Positions 49,941 through 62,079 of a stretch of DNA of 64,000 nucleotides are shown here, one piece after another. The position numbers and the translations under genes were made by a program. The notes under the pieces are model-generated. The model was not told where the DNA came from. It did no database searches and saw only the letters and a list, made by a program, of their open reading frames with translations. Numbering within the stretch: position 1 is the stretch's first letter; each line of letters opens with the position of its first letter. Source of the stretch: Ramazzottius varieornatus (Eukaryota; Animalia; Tardigrada); assembly GCA_001949185.1 (NCBI GenBank), contig BDGG01000027.1:7915-71914 (forward strand). The letters run 5' to 3'.

Positions 49941-51937
49941 TCATTCCCTTTCGTACATAGTTTTTGGCCAGTGGTTTGTAAGGTCTCGATGGTCATTCGG
50001 CTTGAATGGCGAAGTCTGATCCAGACCCTTCGCATTGTTCAATATCGGATTGCGATCCTTTTGCGGGTCAACAGGTAGCGTTTGTACCATAGGGACTTTA
50101 GTGTACGCAAGACCATTAGTCGTCCGAAAGTCCACCACGTCCTTTTCTGCTTTATGAGTGGTGACTTGAAGGTTCCTTCCGACCGCCCTTTCTGCATAGT
50201 CCTTAGAGTTCCATTTCTTGTAGTTCGAATGGAACTCGCTCTCGTGTTCTTCCAGTGTCGCTGAAAATCATAGAGTTCGGAGTTTTATTTCACAAATTTC
50301 TGATATCGATGGTTCAGATGTAAGATTTACCGTTCAGCGGAAGAGCTGTTTTTATTCCACCCGTCTGTGATGGACGGATCGACTTCTCCTTGGCGTAAGG
50401 GTGGGCCGTATAGCTTTCTTGTTGCATGGTTTTAAAATCAGGCGGTGGATCGTCTTCCATGCCGAGAGGAATATTCCCGCGCTTCGGCTTAAACTGAGTT
50501 TCTTTCGGCGAATGATAGGCGTCGTTGCCGTACTACCCGAGAAAGCGAATATGTCGACTATTTACCATTTGTACAGTGTAAGCGTTGCCTACAACGGGAC
50601 TCACATTTGGGTACGACTCGGACATAACGGAATGCTGATGTAGGTTTCTCGGCATGAAGTTGTCTTCGATCTGGCAGTTGTTCCAGACAACAGTCAGTGG
50701 TCCATTTGCATCTGAATAATCACGTTGACCGAATCGATCTCGTTTGATGGCGTCCGCTGCGATAGAAAAATGATACTTCCTTTGCTTTACAGTTTGATGT
50801 CACTTTTTTACATGTGTCCTTGAAAGATGAACGAGCATCGTGAACGGCCTGACTTTCAGGCTTCGGCCATCCGACTCGAGAGTCCGTGTAAAAAAGGTTC
50901 GAACACGACGCTGGGGCAGAACCTCGATGCTCGGGAAGTGCCTGCTTCATCTCCTCCATAGTAAATGGCTTGTAAGATTTCTGAGCGTTGCTTTCAGGGC
51001 ATCGAGGCTGATTTTCTTCAGTAAACAGAGACTTTCTAGGCTGAACTACAAGAAGAGCTTTCGTGAAATCAAGAAACCATGCCCACATCGGCACTGTACC
51101 CCATCATCTCGAGGTAACTCACCGCAAAGAATTTGAACTGGTCGGTGTAAGTTGAGTCCACCACTTTTCTCCCTGGTTTGGTGTAAGCCTCCTCATTATG
51201 CGCTGGGAAATCAGTCCTCGAGACAGTCTGCGACCGGAAAGCATCCCAGCCTTCTCCATCCAGTTGTTTCATGCAGGGCTTTATCTGGCCTGCTGCCAAT
51301 CGACACGGAAGTAAAATGACTGACAGAATTAAAAACGAAAGAATGTGATGTCCAGCCTACCGGGTTTTGCCGTGGCGGGAACTGCCATTTCTACATTTCT
51401 ATGCTTCGGATAATCCAACGTATTCTTTGATACGAAATACTCTGTGTCAATCCATGGTGCGCCAATGGGCGCATGCTTCATCTGCTTCAACCTCGTCGCA
51501 TGATCCAAAGCTTCCCTCTGTTTCTTCGGCAGCGGAACGAAGTCGTGTAGACTCGTCGTGTCTCCAAAGTTTGTCAAGCGATCATCCCCACCGAAGAAGT
51601 TCGGATTGAACCCTCGTGTACTGGACCATCGGAACTCACGCTCAGGTGGTTCAACTGGGATCTTGGCGAACTCAATCTGCGTCTCGCTGGCTGGTGCAGG
51701 CGCATTCTCGTACCGGAGGAGAACTTCGCCGGGACGACGCAAGCCGAGAGGATCAGGGTGGATGAGGTTGCTTGGCTGGTAGTAAGGATAATCTTTCTTG
51801 TATCCTGACTTCCACCGAGCTGGTCGGTCGGAGCCGTAATAGTTGAGGTCGCGGAGCTTGTCAACGGTTGTTCCCGGTATCTTGACGGTTTCACGTAGGT
51901 CATCGTACAGTCGTGGAACCTGTTCACGGTTTGTCAT
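49941..51937 (-). CDS. Putative axonemal microtubule inner protein with Mn-like repeats (SAXO/TEX45-like)
   Basis: Recurrent [ST]xxxx[DE][FY] motifs (SGYKKDY, SETQIEF, TTSLHDF, SKNTLDY, TVSRTDF). FFGGDDR..FGDTT segment. Multi-exon. Confidence 0.55.
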
Positions 51938-52453
51938 GACACAAGGAACTTCAGTGTTGAAACCGAAACCTAAGTCTTATTACTCTTGTGAAGCGGATGG
52001 TAGCTGAGGGAACTGCAAAGTTGCTACGACGATAAAAGCTTCCGCCGGTACGATGTTCGACTACGGAATTGAAGAGCGTGTCTTCAAAACACTCAGTAGG
52101 AACAGCTTCCAACATCCTCGAAGATCTACCTGGAAGCTACAGAGCTTCATACCAGCAAGAAATTACGAAACAAGTGGTACCGGTAGCACCCACGTACTAC
52201 ATGGACTGTGACGTATTTTCCGCAGTGACGTCATGCAAGGAATGGTCGTTTTGAACGTTACGAGATTCCGCATACCGCGGCGAGTTCTCACGTCAACCGC
52301 ATCTTATCATGCGGTATCTTTCGCACTTTACCCGACGACATCAACAAACTTCTTCACCGTATTAAATATATTCTGTGCAGTCGCCTGTTGGGAACATTCT
52401 CGGCAGTAGTGTTTTTCTCGGCTGCTTGGACATTGCATCCGCCGGATTCAGCC

Positions 52454-54974
52454 ATGATTGGGTTTACTTTGTCGTTCCCGTCGTTGCTCGCTACTGTGGC
52501 ACTGCTTTATGCCGTGTATTATTGGTATCGTCACCGGAACATTCCAGGTGGACCTCGAGGCAAGTCCACCCCACTTTCGGCTTGCGCCTCCACAAGTCAG
52601 CTGTTTCAGAAAGTACTAGTATGGAATGATCGCTTAAACTTTGCAGGAGTACCTTTTATCGGTTACGCCCCATTCTTCGGAAGAAACCCTCAGGACAAAT
52701 TTCTTACATTTAAAGAGAAATATGGCAAAATGTTTAGCATATACCTTGGACCACGGTTGACTATTGTACTCAATGACTACGAAGCGGTCAAAGAAGCTTT
52801 CCTCGGACAGGCAGAAATCTTCAGCGGACGATCGCCGGGCTTTGTTTTTGAGTTCCTGTCTCTAGGAGAGGACGGAAAAACTCACGGTAAAAGTGACAGT
52901 CCCCGCCTCTCCTCTGCGAGTAAAACCGACTTGGGGTCGTATCATGAGTGTATCGAAAAACGTTATTCGTATACTAGAAGAGCTAAAAGTTATTCGTCAC
53001 ATTATTCAACCACACTAACATCTTTCTAAGTCAGCCGTATCGGAGCGGATTAGGATCATCGCTAGCAGCCGTTTTTCCCACAATATACTGTGGAGTGTAG
53101 ACATCAAAATTCATCAAATGCTAATGGCCAGGGGAAACATTCTACGGTTTTCCATCTCATACAAAACTGTTCTCTAGGGATTCTGCTCGCGGAAGGAGAG
53201 AAGCTGAAAAAAACTCGGCGTTTCGTGCTACAGTCGCTGCGGGATTTGGGCATGGGCAAAAAGCGCATCCAAATCAGCATCCTGGAAGAAGCCGCTGTCT
53301 TAGTGGACATTTTTCGGAAGAATGCGGACCAACCATTCAATCCATTACCCACCTTGACAGCCAGCGTGGCTAATGTAATCTGCGCCTTATCCTGGGGTCG
53401 CCGATACGATCACGAAGACGAGGACTTCAAGAAAATCTTGTCGGGATTTGACATCATCCCGACGTTCCTTTCTCAAGCAAGCGTGCTGTTGGGCTATCCA
53501 ATGCTGCGCCATCTGCCGGGCAAGTTAAGACGGTCGTGGGAAAATTTAGTAATTGCGGTACGCTGGAATCAGAAGTTCACGGATGGTATTATCGAGGAGC
53601 ATATCAACGAGTACCAGGAGGGAGAACCGCGAGACTATGTGGATGCTTTTGTCAAGCAACAGCGAGCTGAAGTCGCAGCTGGAGTGGACATAGAGAACGA
53701 TGAGAGTATATTCAACAGTACGTACGTATCGGTTAAAATACGGAAACTACGGTATAACCATAAAAAAAACTTTAACTGAACTCTCTTGAGACTCTCGAGT
53801 TGAGAGTCTTGGAACTTAAAAGTATTCCGGAACTGAAAATCACTTCGATTTTGAACAGTACACGTACGATGGGAAATTATGGCAAAGGCGGACACGACTG
53901 CAAAATGGAAATTCGACCGTAGAAAAGTGTCGAGAAGTGTATTTCCAGTGTATTTCCAACTCACACTGGTATTTCTGTGAATCTGTAGCGTACGTCAGTG
54001 CTTCCGTACCGCCGTAGCGAAAAAGCCCTGGCCCATAATTTCCCGTCGTACGTGTACCGTAAAGACACATGCGGACCAAACGAGAAGATTCTCTCTACTG
54101 CATGCCGTTTCTCTGCGTTTACAGTATTTACACTTACACAGTACGTAATGTTCTAACTCAAAGTTATATTGCAGAGGAGGAACTTCGAAAGACTGTCGGC
54201 TCATTCTTCGGTGCCGGTTCGGAGACGACGACCATGACTTTGTACTGGGCTATCCTGTTCATGGCTCATCATCAGGTCGTCCAAAAGCGCGTCCAAAAAG
54301 AGATCGCAGACAATATTCCCATGGGCGGACCAGTAACAGTGGAAGACAAAGGTAGGGACTGGTTTCGATGCGGATGTTATTTCGATGGTTCTCAAGTCGA
54401 ATACGTACCTCGCTTGCTATCTGTCGCATTACAGCAAAGCTTCCGTACGTCGAAGCGGTCTGCCGAGAGATTCAGCGCTGCGCCAACGTTACACCTCTGG
54501 GTGTACTCCGATGCAATCTGGAAGAAACGACTCTGCTCGGGTACCGAATCCCCAAGCGAAGCAACATCATGGTAAATTTCTTGGCCATCTTTCGCGACCC
54601 GGCCTTATGGGATGAGCCGTCGAGATTTATGCCGGAACGCTTCTTGGACAAGGAAGGGAAACTTTACGAGCCTCCCTTCTTTATGCCTTTCTCCATCGGT
54701 AGCTGCAAAACCAAAACCACCCCTCGCACTTTGCCTCACTAGTGAATTAACCGTCTGGTATTATATAGGAAAACGTGCCTGTATTGGAGAATCACTCGCT
54801 CGAATGGAAATCTTCCTGTTCTTCTCGAACATCCTGCAAAATTTCAACATCCTCCCGTGCGAAGAATTCCCGTTACCATCGCTAGAAGAGTACACCACCG
54901 GAATTTCCTGTCGACCGCTGCCTTACAAAATTCGATTGACCACGAGAGAGACTGATCCTTTCCACCGCGTCTAA
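52454..54974 (+). CDS. Cytochrome P450, CYP2 clan
   Basis: N-terminal anchor, PGGPRG|VPFIG hinge, LRDLGMGK, I-helix AGSETT, EIQR, PERF, heme motif PFSI|GKRACIG. Confidence 0.95.
53856..54059. mobile_element. Tc1/pogo-like MITE in the CYP intron
   Basis: CAGTACACGTACGATGGGAAATTATGG vs reverse complement CGGTACACGTACGACGGGAAATTATGG. TA lies on the right flank. Confidence 0.75.
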
Positions 54975-55105
54975 CTTATAAACGCCCAACATAGCGCATG
55001 ATAAATTATTCATCTGGCATAAATTCTTTTCATTATCACAACAATATTGGCGTGAATAACAAAGAAGTTCGTGTTCAAAAGCAAATAAAGGTGCTAAAAA
55101 ACATC

Positions 55106-56956
55106 TTAGACTGAATTACTGATGTTCAGTTCTTTCGCAATGGAGTTTATCAAAGGAGCTTTACAAACCGCCGCCCAGCATTTCTTCGAATATCTGAACC
55201 ACTCTTTCTCCGTCATGGGGATCCCTGGTGTAACACTTTCCATCGGCAGCGATCCCACCACTTCCTTCTTCAGTTTCTTCAACTGCAACCCGTGTTCCTC
55301 CTTTAAGTATTCCTCATGTTCCCCCACCATTGCTTCCGTGTCAGGTATGTTAAACATCTTCACAGGGTTCCTGCTTTCCTCCTCTTCGTCACTTCTCACA
55401 ATTCTCATGAAGTTCTTCCTTTTCACCACCTGGTTATACCTCAACGGATAATCTTTCATCAGTTTCGCTATGGTCTCTTCAGCCACATACACGTTCTCAC
55501 TATACAGTTCCTTCTCCCCACAGAAGTTATTCACAAAGATCAGCTCCGGCCAATGGTCCAACAGACTCGCTTCCGTCAGGGACTCTTTATGGACAGGCCC
55601 GAGTTTGAGCAAAGTTGCCATTCTAAGGAACCTCAACAAGCGCGGATCGGGTTGTTCTTTCATGACGACCAAGACTTTGTGACAGACTGACAGTACAAAA
55701 GCCCCAAACATGATCGACTGTAACTCGACCGTGTGCTCTACGAACACATGCTCGGAAGAAACCGTTGGGGGTTTCCGATCACCAATGATCATTTCTTCGA
55801 GGACGGACCCTGAGTACACCGGTTGAGCATCAAGAAAAATCGTGCGATGTTCTCGTGAAATGTAACAGTCGATACCTTCTGTACGAAACTTGCCCCAGGG
55901 TCTTCGAGGACCTTCGTTTGTACTCTGTTTGTGATCAGAGGTTTCGAACACGTCTTTGCGATCGATCAGGTGGGAGAGCACAGTAGATTTACCTGTGCCT
56001 TGCAGGCCGATCACACCGACGACTTGATAGTTCGTGTTGAATGGATCGATGCCTTCGATGAGGTGTTCCAGCTGGGCGTCTTTCTTCAAGGACCAGAAAA
56101 AGTACGAGTCGATGATCTTGACAGGCTTGGTCATTTTGAAGTTGCGAAGGTACTGGGTGTCTTCGAGGAGCATGCGGAACTGACAGAGGTAGAACTCCCG
56201 TAGAGCGTTCGGGTCGTTCTTCTCTTCTTCTGTCAGCTCAGGTATCGGTGGTCGAGGAATCGTTGTAGGCTTTGCTTGCTCCAGTGCTTTGAAGATCTCC
56301 TGGGTGGCGAAATCAGAACCGAAAACGGGACCAGAGGGACGAGAATCGGAAACATCTGCAAAAGATGGAAAATGCAAAACCGCCTCGATCGACTTGCGCA
56401 TGACGTAACGAACTTCTGCTGGCATAATACAGTTGTGACAGTTTTAAAGAGTAACATCATGCGTCCTTCAACTCATAACACGCCACTTGGTCGGATTTTC
56501 GAAAGCTGTCTTACTTGTGGTGGATGTGGACGTTCTAGCAGGACTATGGTGAGAACTCAGGATGCCCGAAGGTCGAGCGACGATGGTCGGGCGAGGTGGG
56601 GCAACATCTCGAACAGGGGAATGGCTTTGGCTCTGCGAGATGGCTTGCCGAGGCGTGCGTGGTGGAGGAGCGACTTGTGGATTCCTTGGTCTACCCCGCG
56701 GCGGGTAACCGCGTCCAGGGGGCGATCGCGGTCGTCCGAAACCTCGGCCTTGGTTGTAAAAGGAAGAAGCAGCCGAGAGTTCAGAGGTGCTGATGCGCAG
56801 GACACCGCGACGAGGTTGCTCTGGTGTGGTGTGAGTTGTGGAAAGATTCGGTGAGGCGTCTGTAGCAGTGGTGGCAGGAGCATTTGTCGGGGCATCTTCC
56901 CCGCGCTTCTTGATGCGCAGCATGCCTCGAGGAAGGTCGGGATTGGGCTCCTCCAT
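55106..56956 (-). CDS. SMG9: Nonsense-mediated decay factor SMG9 (2 exons)
   Basis: Disordered N-terminus, P-loop VVGVIGLQGTGKST, TEGID, IFLDAQP, ELQSIMFGAFVLSVCH, MTEKEWFRY. Confidence 0.92.
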
Positions 56957-57945
56957 TTTGCACTGGAATCGGGATGGAACTGGTGGACTTACGAAGGACG
57001 AATCGGCACAGCAAAGCACTTGGTCCGAAACATATCGGCACGGGTGTACCGGGAGGGACCATAGAATGGCTCGACAAACTGCACTAGAGAATGGAAGTTT
57101 GGCAGGCCGATACAAATATTCTCCCGGCACGTCCATGCAGAGAACACTGTTCTTGTTTCGTGCTTTTGGCTACGAGCCGGACTTGACGACTTGTAGCCGA
57201 ACTTTCTTGGTTCGTCCAAAGTTCAGGGAAACGTGTTTAAGTTAGAAAAACAACTTTTGACTTTCAAGTTCCGTTATCGGTGCAGTAAAAATTCACCGAG
57301 CGAGAAAGGGCTAAACTTTTCCATGGTGGTTGCAGTCCATATCGTGGTTCAACGTTTTGCCATCAATTGTACAGTCATCAAGTTTTCATTATCGGAAACC
57401 TAGACTGTGTGGCGAACGTTGCAGAAGGTCCACCGGGACCTACGTAATAGCTTTCCCCCTAGAAAAGCCCGCAAGACTGGAAAATCCGGATTTTTCTCGA
57501 TGTCAGACATCCGGAAATCGGAATTCGGAGTTCGGGCCTCTCGCCTTTTCCGGCAAACGTTTCTCTTTTATGGAGTGCGACTTTAGTGCAGTTCCACCTT
57601 TAATGGATTTATAAACACTAAAAAGTCAGGCTAAGCAAGAAATGGTAAACTTTTACTGCAGTACGAGTACAGGACAAAACGATAATTCAATGTAAAACCA
57701 GAAATGCGAAGACTTGAAAAAAATGAGTTTTCGTCTTGATTATGAAGTACTACTCAACAACGCAATGAAAAATTCGGAAACAGTTCTGAGATCGTCGGCC
57801 GCGGCTTTGAGGCAAAAAACGTATAAATATGAATTGAAAAAAACAGAAAGGCGTCCGTAGTGAACCTCAGTACTGTGCGAAACAGCCAAACATTAAAACT
57901 AAAACATTGGACAATCGCCCGGCGTAGAATTTGGGGTTTCGGAAC

Positions 57946-59079
57946 TCATTCTGATTTCTGTCGCTTCACCGACGGTTCAAGTTCTTCGGAGTGTTCCCTG
58001 GAGGTCTTAGAAGAATCACCGGGACGAATCGACGCATCTACAAACATCGATTTTGTTTGCCTGGATATTTTACTGTACTGGAAGTCTTAACTTCTCGTTT
58101 CAGAAACTCTAAAAGTCCAGTTGAGCAATCACCTTTGGTCTCTAGGTCCGCGGTCGGGTCACTGGCAACTTCATCGGCTGTAGGAGCAGGCGCAGTCCCT
58201 GCCGCATCGTCTACCGTGAGATTCTGGTCTGTCGATGGTTCGCTGAATCCTAAAACATCACCGAAAATATCCAAGTGTTCGCAAGGAAGTGCAACCTTCT
58301 AAAATGTTACCATCAGAGGTTCGATTCGAAGGGTTCGGATCTGTGCTACTCTCGGACTGCAAAATATCAGCAGCGACTTTGTCTTCCAGACTTTGGGCGT
58401 TCAGTAGCTCCTCCGAAAGCTGAGAGTCCGTTTCAACAAGGCTACTGCTCTGTCGAGACATTTCCACGGTAGCCGACGGCGCTAAAATAAAGAAATTTAT
58501 ACTCTGAGCAGTAAGGATTGCAAACTGGACAGTCAAAGAATCTCTCTCGTGTTTATGCTCACCATCAAGAAAAAAATAACCAGCAGGCTGGCCTGCAACT
58601 CCAGGATAAATGGGAGCTCAGCAAACAAGTCGAGTGGATCGTTCGCTCAGGTGGCGCACGCTTCAAGCCAATGTCACTGGAAATATGCGCCACTCCGGGA
58701 ACGATTCAGGTCGAGCTTGTCTGCCGATCTCCTACAGTAAAGTGAGTAAACTGCCCACTATCAGTGTTCAGTGCACATTCAAGACTGCGCAGGTCCGGTT
58801 GATTGGCTGCCCTGATTGACAGCTATTCTAACATTCCAGCCTCACCCGAGCTTGGCACCCATTTGTAGACCCGAAGCGTTGTATCCTTGATGTTAACCCA
58901 TTTCTTCTCCCTGTAAGCATTCAAACTCTTCGGCTTTTGCAGGTACACGATGGGGAGGATAAGTAAGCTTACCATTTCCTGACTTTGCCAAGGAGCATAA
59001 TTTTCTTGAGATCATCTTTGGCTCGACTTCTGGTCTCAGCGCGGAATGATCTGGTAACGGCCTTTGTCGGGGTGAACAT
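57946..59079 (-). CDS. BCL7: BCL7 family SWI/SNF subunit (multi-exon; conserved N-terminus absent from the ORF track)
   Basis: Spliced N-terminus RSFRAETRSRAKDDLKKIMLLGKVRKW|EKKWVNIKDTTLRVYKWVP, acidic Ser-rich middle, C-terminal EPSVKRQKSE. Confidence 0.92.
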
Positions 59080-61625
59080 CTTGATAAGTCCAAAGAGAGA
59101 GGCGTCTTCGGAGCAAGTGAATGATGGAATCTAATTGATCCTCTATTATAGGAAGGAAGTGAACGCAGCTCGAGAAAAACTTCGAGAAAAAGTTCAGAAA
59201 ACAATATCCTGAAGCTGCGAAATCAATAGCTTTGATTGATGCAACTCGAAACCACCACCAGGAGCCAGGAGGTGCTCGCCCTCGCCCATGCGACCAGCTG
59301 GCTCCGTCTGACAGTCGAGTATATTACAATCAGAATGGGCTTTGCAGTGGGCCGCGAACTGAGTGGGCTGAAAGTTAACCAGTGGTCAAAGGTATTCACA
59401 AAGTTTCACAAATGAGTTACTTTTTTGCGCGTTCGTTTTGCAGAATGGAAAAACCAAACTTCATCATCGCATATCGCAAACTTCATCGGATGTCGTGATT
59501 TGCCCACCGGAAGCAGGTGCGACGCATCACGCTGTCCCTCTTGTGTGGTCTAAATTCTAACTGGTACGTAAACGAGACTATAAGCGATAATTGCTACCAA
59601 TTACCGGGACCACCATGCTCTTCAGCATGAGGACATGGAGGAAACCTCGACGACGTGCCCAGTCGGCTGCTGATGATCATGAATTCGAACATCCGGGATG
59701 CTTTCCTCTGATGCACGCCGCCAGCAAAGAATGGGGATAAATTGTCCAGAACGACAAATGACTCACCGAGCTGACTGCGAAGACTCACGGCAAATTTTCT
59801 CTTGCGTGAATATTTGCCGTGAATTTTCTGGTTCAGCCAGCCAGGAAGGTGCTGCTTTGGTTGTTTCAGCATCACCATAGATCTGACCAGGCGGCTTGCC
59901 AGTTTGTTTTAGGCGCCACTGTTGCGATCTCTGCCAGCCGGGCTTCTATCAGAATCAAGCTGGGCCACCCAAGAAGTGATGTATTGTCTCAGTTGGTTGG
60001 GCCAAGACTTGGTTGGACAGTTAACAAAGTGGCCGGATCAAAAGTCCACAGAGGAAGTCGATGAAAAGACTTCAGCTGGTGGCTTCCAGCAGTACTTGCA
60101 AGTCTTGGTAGCTCCAATGGTCAGAAGAACGCTTTTGTTTCGATCGTCATTTCAGCAAATTGGCCCTTGTCCGCTACTTGGGATTTAGTTGGAGATTCGC
60201 CGTCGGTGCGGAAGATTAGCAAAGAGGTGTGTAATTCATTGAATTTTGTCAGTTACCTGATCGCCTCTACACCGCCACTGTTTGCTCATCGCCAGCTCGC
60301 ACGCATTTCTGTTGTCGTTTCATGCCAAACTTGAGAGGACGCCGACGAAAATATTTTCCTCGACGACTTTGCACATCGTGTTTTCCAGGAACTTGTTCAA
60401 GGAACCTACTGGAATCCGTCACACCGGAACGATTTTGGGAAACCCGAAATGACGATCCCATATCAAAATCTGGTAAGTGAACGAGCAAAACTATTTGAGC
60501 TTGACGCCAAAGCAACAAGTGATTTGGCGTGAACCCCGTTTTTAAATGTCCTTGTCCATGGTGTTATTCTCGGACGTGAAATTGCCGTTTTAGACCCAGC
60601 GGTTTGGATCATAGGGGACAGGAGTTTGTGAATGTTATAATTAGCCCGAAGTCTCGAAGGCTTCGCCTTCTATCTGCTAGACTGCCGGCATGCTAATGCC
60701 AACTGGTACAAGACCAGCATCGGAAAGTTGTCCCAGGTGACGCTTTTCAAATCTGAGTTACTGATTACATTTTGATCTTTCCCCAGCTGCCCGCGGTTCT
60801 CGGAGATCTGAACAGTCTTCGATCGTCATTGCTCTGCTAACTGTAATCTATGCGTGCCCTTGTCTTAGTAATTCGATGCTCACCTAGTCAGAAAGTTTCG
60901 ATGTGAGTGAGGTCGTGGTCCAGTTTTTTGCATGTCCGGTGGACGGTGTGACGAGGTGTGCGTGAGGCCAAAAAGGCGTGATGGTTTTGTCACGCGATCC
61001 ACCGCCAAAGGCTAACTTGCATGTTCAACAGCCTTGTTTATGCATGGGATGGCTGGAAACTGTCAGCAACAGCCAAGGAGGAGAAGTAATTTCAATGCGA
61101 GGACGAAAGTGCCAGAGGCTTCGATCCTTCTTTGTGTCCAGTGAAGAGCGTTAGACACCTTCGCTTCTGTGTGGCGTCGCGAGTCTGGAAGTGTTTCGGG
61201 GCTGACCATATGGAAGCTGGACTTCGTGGTGGGTCCTTGTTCCCTCCTTCTTATTCTCATCCGTCGGGCGGTCCACTCCGTCCAATCCATCGCTCTTTCT
61301 CGTCTCCCTCGCTACTGTGCAGCTTCTGTAAGGAAAGCAGGCAACCTGTTATGTTCCGCCCTCCATTTTCCCTTGGTCAGCTTCTGCTTTCTCTGGCCAG
61401 CGCCAAACGAAAGGCTTTGACGATCCATCATTTCAGGCTTTGGTCAGACCGAGCTATCGCATCGTTATCCCCCGTCTTGAAATTCAGCTGCCTTCGCTTT
61501 GAGATTGTTTCCGTGTAGCGTGAAGTTTTGGAAAGCGAGAAGTTTAGAGCAAAAGATATGATGAGATTATCCGTGGATGACTTGTTCACCTCCTGTTTGA
61601 ACTGCAGTTGTTCCCTAATTATGGC

Positions 61626-61675
61626 NNNNNNNNNNNNNNNNNNNNNNNNNNNNNNNNNNNNNNNNNNNNNNNNNN
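61626..61675. other. Assembly gap (50 N)
   Basis: Run of N in the sequence. Confidence 1.
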
Positions 61676-62079
61676 ATCAGCCGCATATCAATGTCGTTAT
61701 GGTGTTGTGATTTCTCAGGTCCGAAATCTCTTCTCACTTTGAGTGCTCGTTGCTGCAATCGGGAGAAGAAATACGGTGTCTGGGCATTTGAACTTGACAT
61801 TGACCATCTTTCTCCGGGCCGATAATCATTTCTTGCACGCAACAGAAACTGGTCATCCGCGAAGATGACACCCTTCTTTCTCGCTGGTCGAGGAAGTGCA
61901 ACTGAAAGAGGGTGATACGCATCTGCCAAGAGAAATATTTCCTGTTTGACAACTTGAGAAATATTTGAGGGGCCGTGATTTACGCAATTTATGAGACGCT
62001 TTTGTGAGCACATATGAATGCCATTATGGGTATGAATTTGACAGGGATAAAGTGCGAATGATTCTTGTTGTGTTTGTAG

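Noticed and set aside
59590-61520. Several ORFs upstream of the patched exons
   Set aside because: None shows the expected patched N-terminal motif. The first exon may lie in or near the assembly gap.
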